NCBI GenBank assembly: GCA_028534125.1
Contig: CM052832.1
Location: 21,888,001 to 21,952,000 of the forward strand
DNA: 64,000 nt
From: Lama glama
Lineage: Eukaryota
Direction of reading: 5' to 3'
The position numbers and the translations under genes were made by a program. The notes under the pieces are model-generated. The model saw only the letters and a list, made by a program, of their open reading frames with translations, was not told where the DNA came from and did not search any database. Shown here one piece after another: positions 61,501-64,000 of the stretch. Within the stretch, counting starts at the first letter, position 1. The number at the start of each line of letters is the position of its first letter.

Positions 61501-64000
61501 TTAAAGAGCAAATACCTCTGCATATACTCTCTGTAATTCAGAGCAGGGATGTCATATACATAGGTGACTTGCGGGAGGGATGATCAGAATAATTGCCTGG
61601 GAAATTTGGGGTCAAAAACTTACGAGTTATGGTCCAGGGAGGGCAAATATATGTATTCATTCTTTTCATTAAAAGCACACCTCCTATTTCCGTCCGTCTC
61701 CTCCATCTCCTATCGTCTCTCAGTTCTGACCACTGGCTCATTCTGCCACTCACCTCAGAGGCTGCAGTCTCTGCTTACACCACGATACTACCAGAGGTAA
61801 CAAAAAGAGACTATGAATACTCAATTCAAACGACAATGTTTTTATTAAATAGACCAGCAGCTGTGTGAGCAGAGACTTGTAAACGCATCTGTTCTACAGG
61901 ATTCTGTTTAATTCAATTTGTTCAAATCAGAGCAGCCAGGCCCAGTAACTAGGCTAGACAAGGAGACAGTTTTGCCAAACAGAATCCTACACTAAAATGG
62001 TGTCTGCTAGAAACATATCTACTCATTCATTCACTCATTCCCTCCAGGGCATTGGGTGCGGTGCTGGGAACACAAAGACAAAGCACCACCTGACAGAGGT
62101 GACAGGAATCCCCACAGAGGGCTGGAGTGCAGCACACTGGCAGGTTCACGGGCCAGGGCAGCACCAGGGAGGCACAGAGGAGGGGAGGACTGCCTCTAAA
62201 GGCCGAGGCTTTTCTGGAGTCCACAGGCAGAAAAGAAGAATGAAAAGCAGCCTGCTGCCTAACCCGCGCTACATAGGTCCGCGAGCTGCAGCTGGACCAG
62301 TCATGCTGTATTTCTCAGTCTGGGTAAGGAGCCTATGGCTGTTCTGTATCTCATTCTTTGAGCCCTTCTCTCTTTTGAGTATTTCCTAACGAAAAATTTT
62401 AATGCGGTCCACCGAGTAGTGCCTGGAGACTTGGAAAACCTGGACCAGCAGCAACTTCTCCCACAACCAAGAGCCTCGAGTTGCCAGGGTGAGCTAGTCA
62501 GGAGGGAAAGGAAATGGGGATGAGAGGTGGGCTCTGGAGTTCTCTGGTGATGGCTGTGTGGGAGGCCTGGGAAGGCACCAGGGGCACAGAATGTGTTTCA
62601 ACTTCATTTTAAACATCCATGGGAAAAAAACCAGAGTATATACCTTTGCCATAGAAAAAACTGTTTATCACAAACAACTAACTCCATTCACTGTGATCTC
62701 TATTCTCGCAGCAAACATTACTGAACACTTGCCCATGCCACACATGTCCAGAGAAAAGAAAGCTCCTGCCATCCAACCGGAGGGGTGACTCAGGTGAGCC
62801 AACTTCCGGAGGGCAACAAGTAGACTCCACAGCAAGGACTGACCAAGATGCGGTGCAAGGCGGGCGACAGGGAACGTGGGGAAACAGCAAGTGCTCATGA
62901 CGTCTACCATCTTCACAGGTCACCCCCAAAACTTTGGGATTTTGCAAAAACATGACAAAGAAAATACATTTTTAATGTTTCTAATTATTAAGAAATAATG
63001 TTCCTGTGCTCCATAATACCTGATATCAAAGGGTATGAGATTTTCAGTAATGATGCAACACCCATTGTTCTCTCGTTCCGTAAACAAGTAATCACATCAT
63101 CCCACTGGCTCCTCCTAACAGGAAAAGAACTGACAAAACCCTGGAACTCACTTAAAAGTTCAAAGTGCCACTCCCATGCTGAAATAATACTGCCTTAAGT
63201 CAAAATGACTGACGGGCAAGGGCTACAGCCTTTAAGCAAAGGCAGACTTTTCTCCACTGGAGTGGCTGTGTCATGTGTTTACATGTATAATATAACTCAA
63301 TTCCTTATTCTCCTTCCACTGTTCTCATAGACGCTAAATGGTCAACCTTCCAAGCAATTTTTTGGAATCTTCATTTTTCCATCCTAAGAAAACTGTTTGA
63401 TTCAAAATAAACTGCACATACACAGACACATATATAGAGAGCTAAATGAATCTAAGGTACTTTCGAGATTAACTTTTTTAATTGACTTTCCTCTCCTTCC
63501 TCCAACCCTCCTGTATTCCAGTACACTGTAAGAAGAATGCCACTGTGTACACACCTCCTTCTTCTTGCACTTGAGTTTAAAGGTAGGGGGCAAGACAGAT
63601 TTGTGATGTTTTGACAGAGTGAGTTGCCATGGAAATGACTGGCTTGTTCCTTATGAAGCACCGTGACCTTGTGGCAAATGAAAAAGGAATAGGATGATTT
63701 CTGAGGATTCAATTCAGAGAAAAATTAATAGCTAGGAAAAAAAAATTCAAAAACTGAACAATCTGAAAAATACTGGAATGTCAAGAATTATACTGAAATA
63801 TTTTCAAAAACTTACAAAAGCCTGCCCTCCAAAACAGGAACCTTATCATCAAGAAGGAAGATATAATATTAATGTGAAGATAAACCATTCAAGTAACAGG
63901 GACCTGCAGTTTCTAAATAAATACATCATACCCTCAATCCTGATAGACTACAAGCAAAATCCTATGACTTTCTGTGGGTACATTATAAAATTAAATTCCC

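Larger units (their letters stand above)
11576..64000 (-). other. CDKAL1: CDKAL1 intron 4 (3' part, more than 52 kb)
   Basis: Ends in a T-rich tract plus TAG at 11578-11576. No upstream exon (...GYKIT) was seen. The + strand is A-rich and most L1 copies are on +, both typical of a long intron transcribed from the minus strand. Confidence 0.88.

Noticed and set aside
1..64000. CRISPR arrays, operons, rRNA, snoRNA or other novel multi-gene system
   Set aside because: This is mammalian intronic DNA. No regularly spaced repeat-spacer array or recognisable RNA gene was seen, although a small ncRNA cannot be excluded without an Rfam/Infernal search.

Overview
Mammalian genomic DNA, most likely camelid (three tRNA-derived SINEs match the camelid vic-1 type as I recall it). 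The whole window lies inside the CDKAL1 gene (tRNA-Lys(UUU) ms2t6A37 methylthiotransferase) on the minus strand. The only confident coding sequence is one 85-nt exon at 11491-11575, which encodes (E)[27 protein letters not shown](K) and corresponds to human exon 5. Everything else is intron: intron 5 at 1-11490 and intron 4 at 11576-64000. The introns hold old L1/L2/MIR/LTR/DNA-transposon relics, young L1 and SINE insertions with target-site duplications (TSDs), a near full-length processed PTMA (prothymosin alpha) pseudogene and an ERV-L pol/dUTPase fragment. Almost all ORF-track entries are spurious or repeat-derived. I cannot demonstrate a new biological system. The best leads are: (i) a sense-oriented PTMA retrocopy with a splice acceptor in phase with CDKAL1 exon 4; (ii) several candidate poison exons in intron 4, including a 20-nt microexon with near-consensus splice sites; (iii) non-canonical L1 insertions; (iv) some unusual palindromes and CpG/motif-dense candidate enhancers. 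Repeat family names and boundaries are approximate and come from recall of consensus sequences, not from a search.
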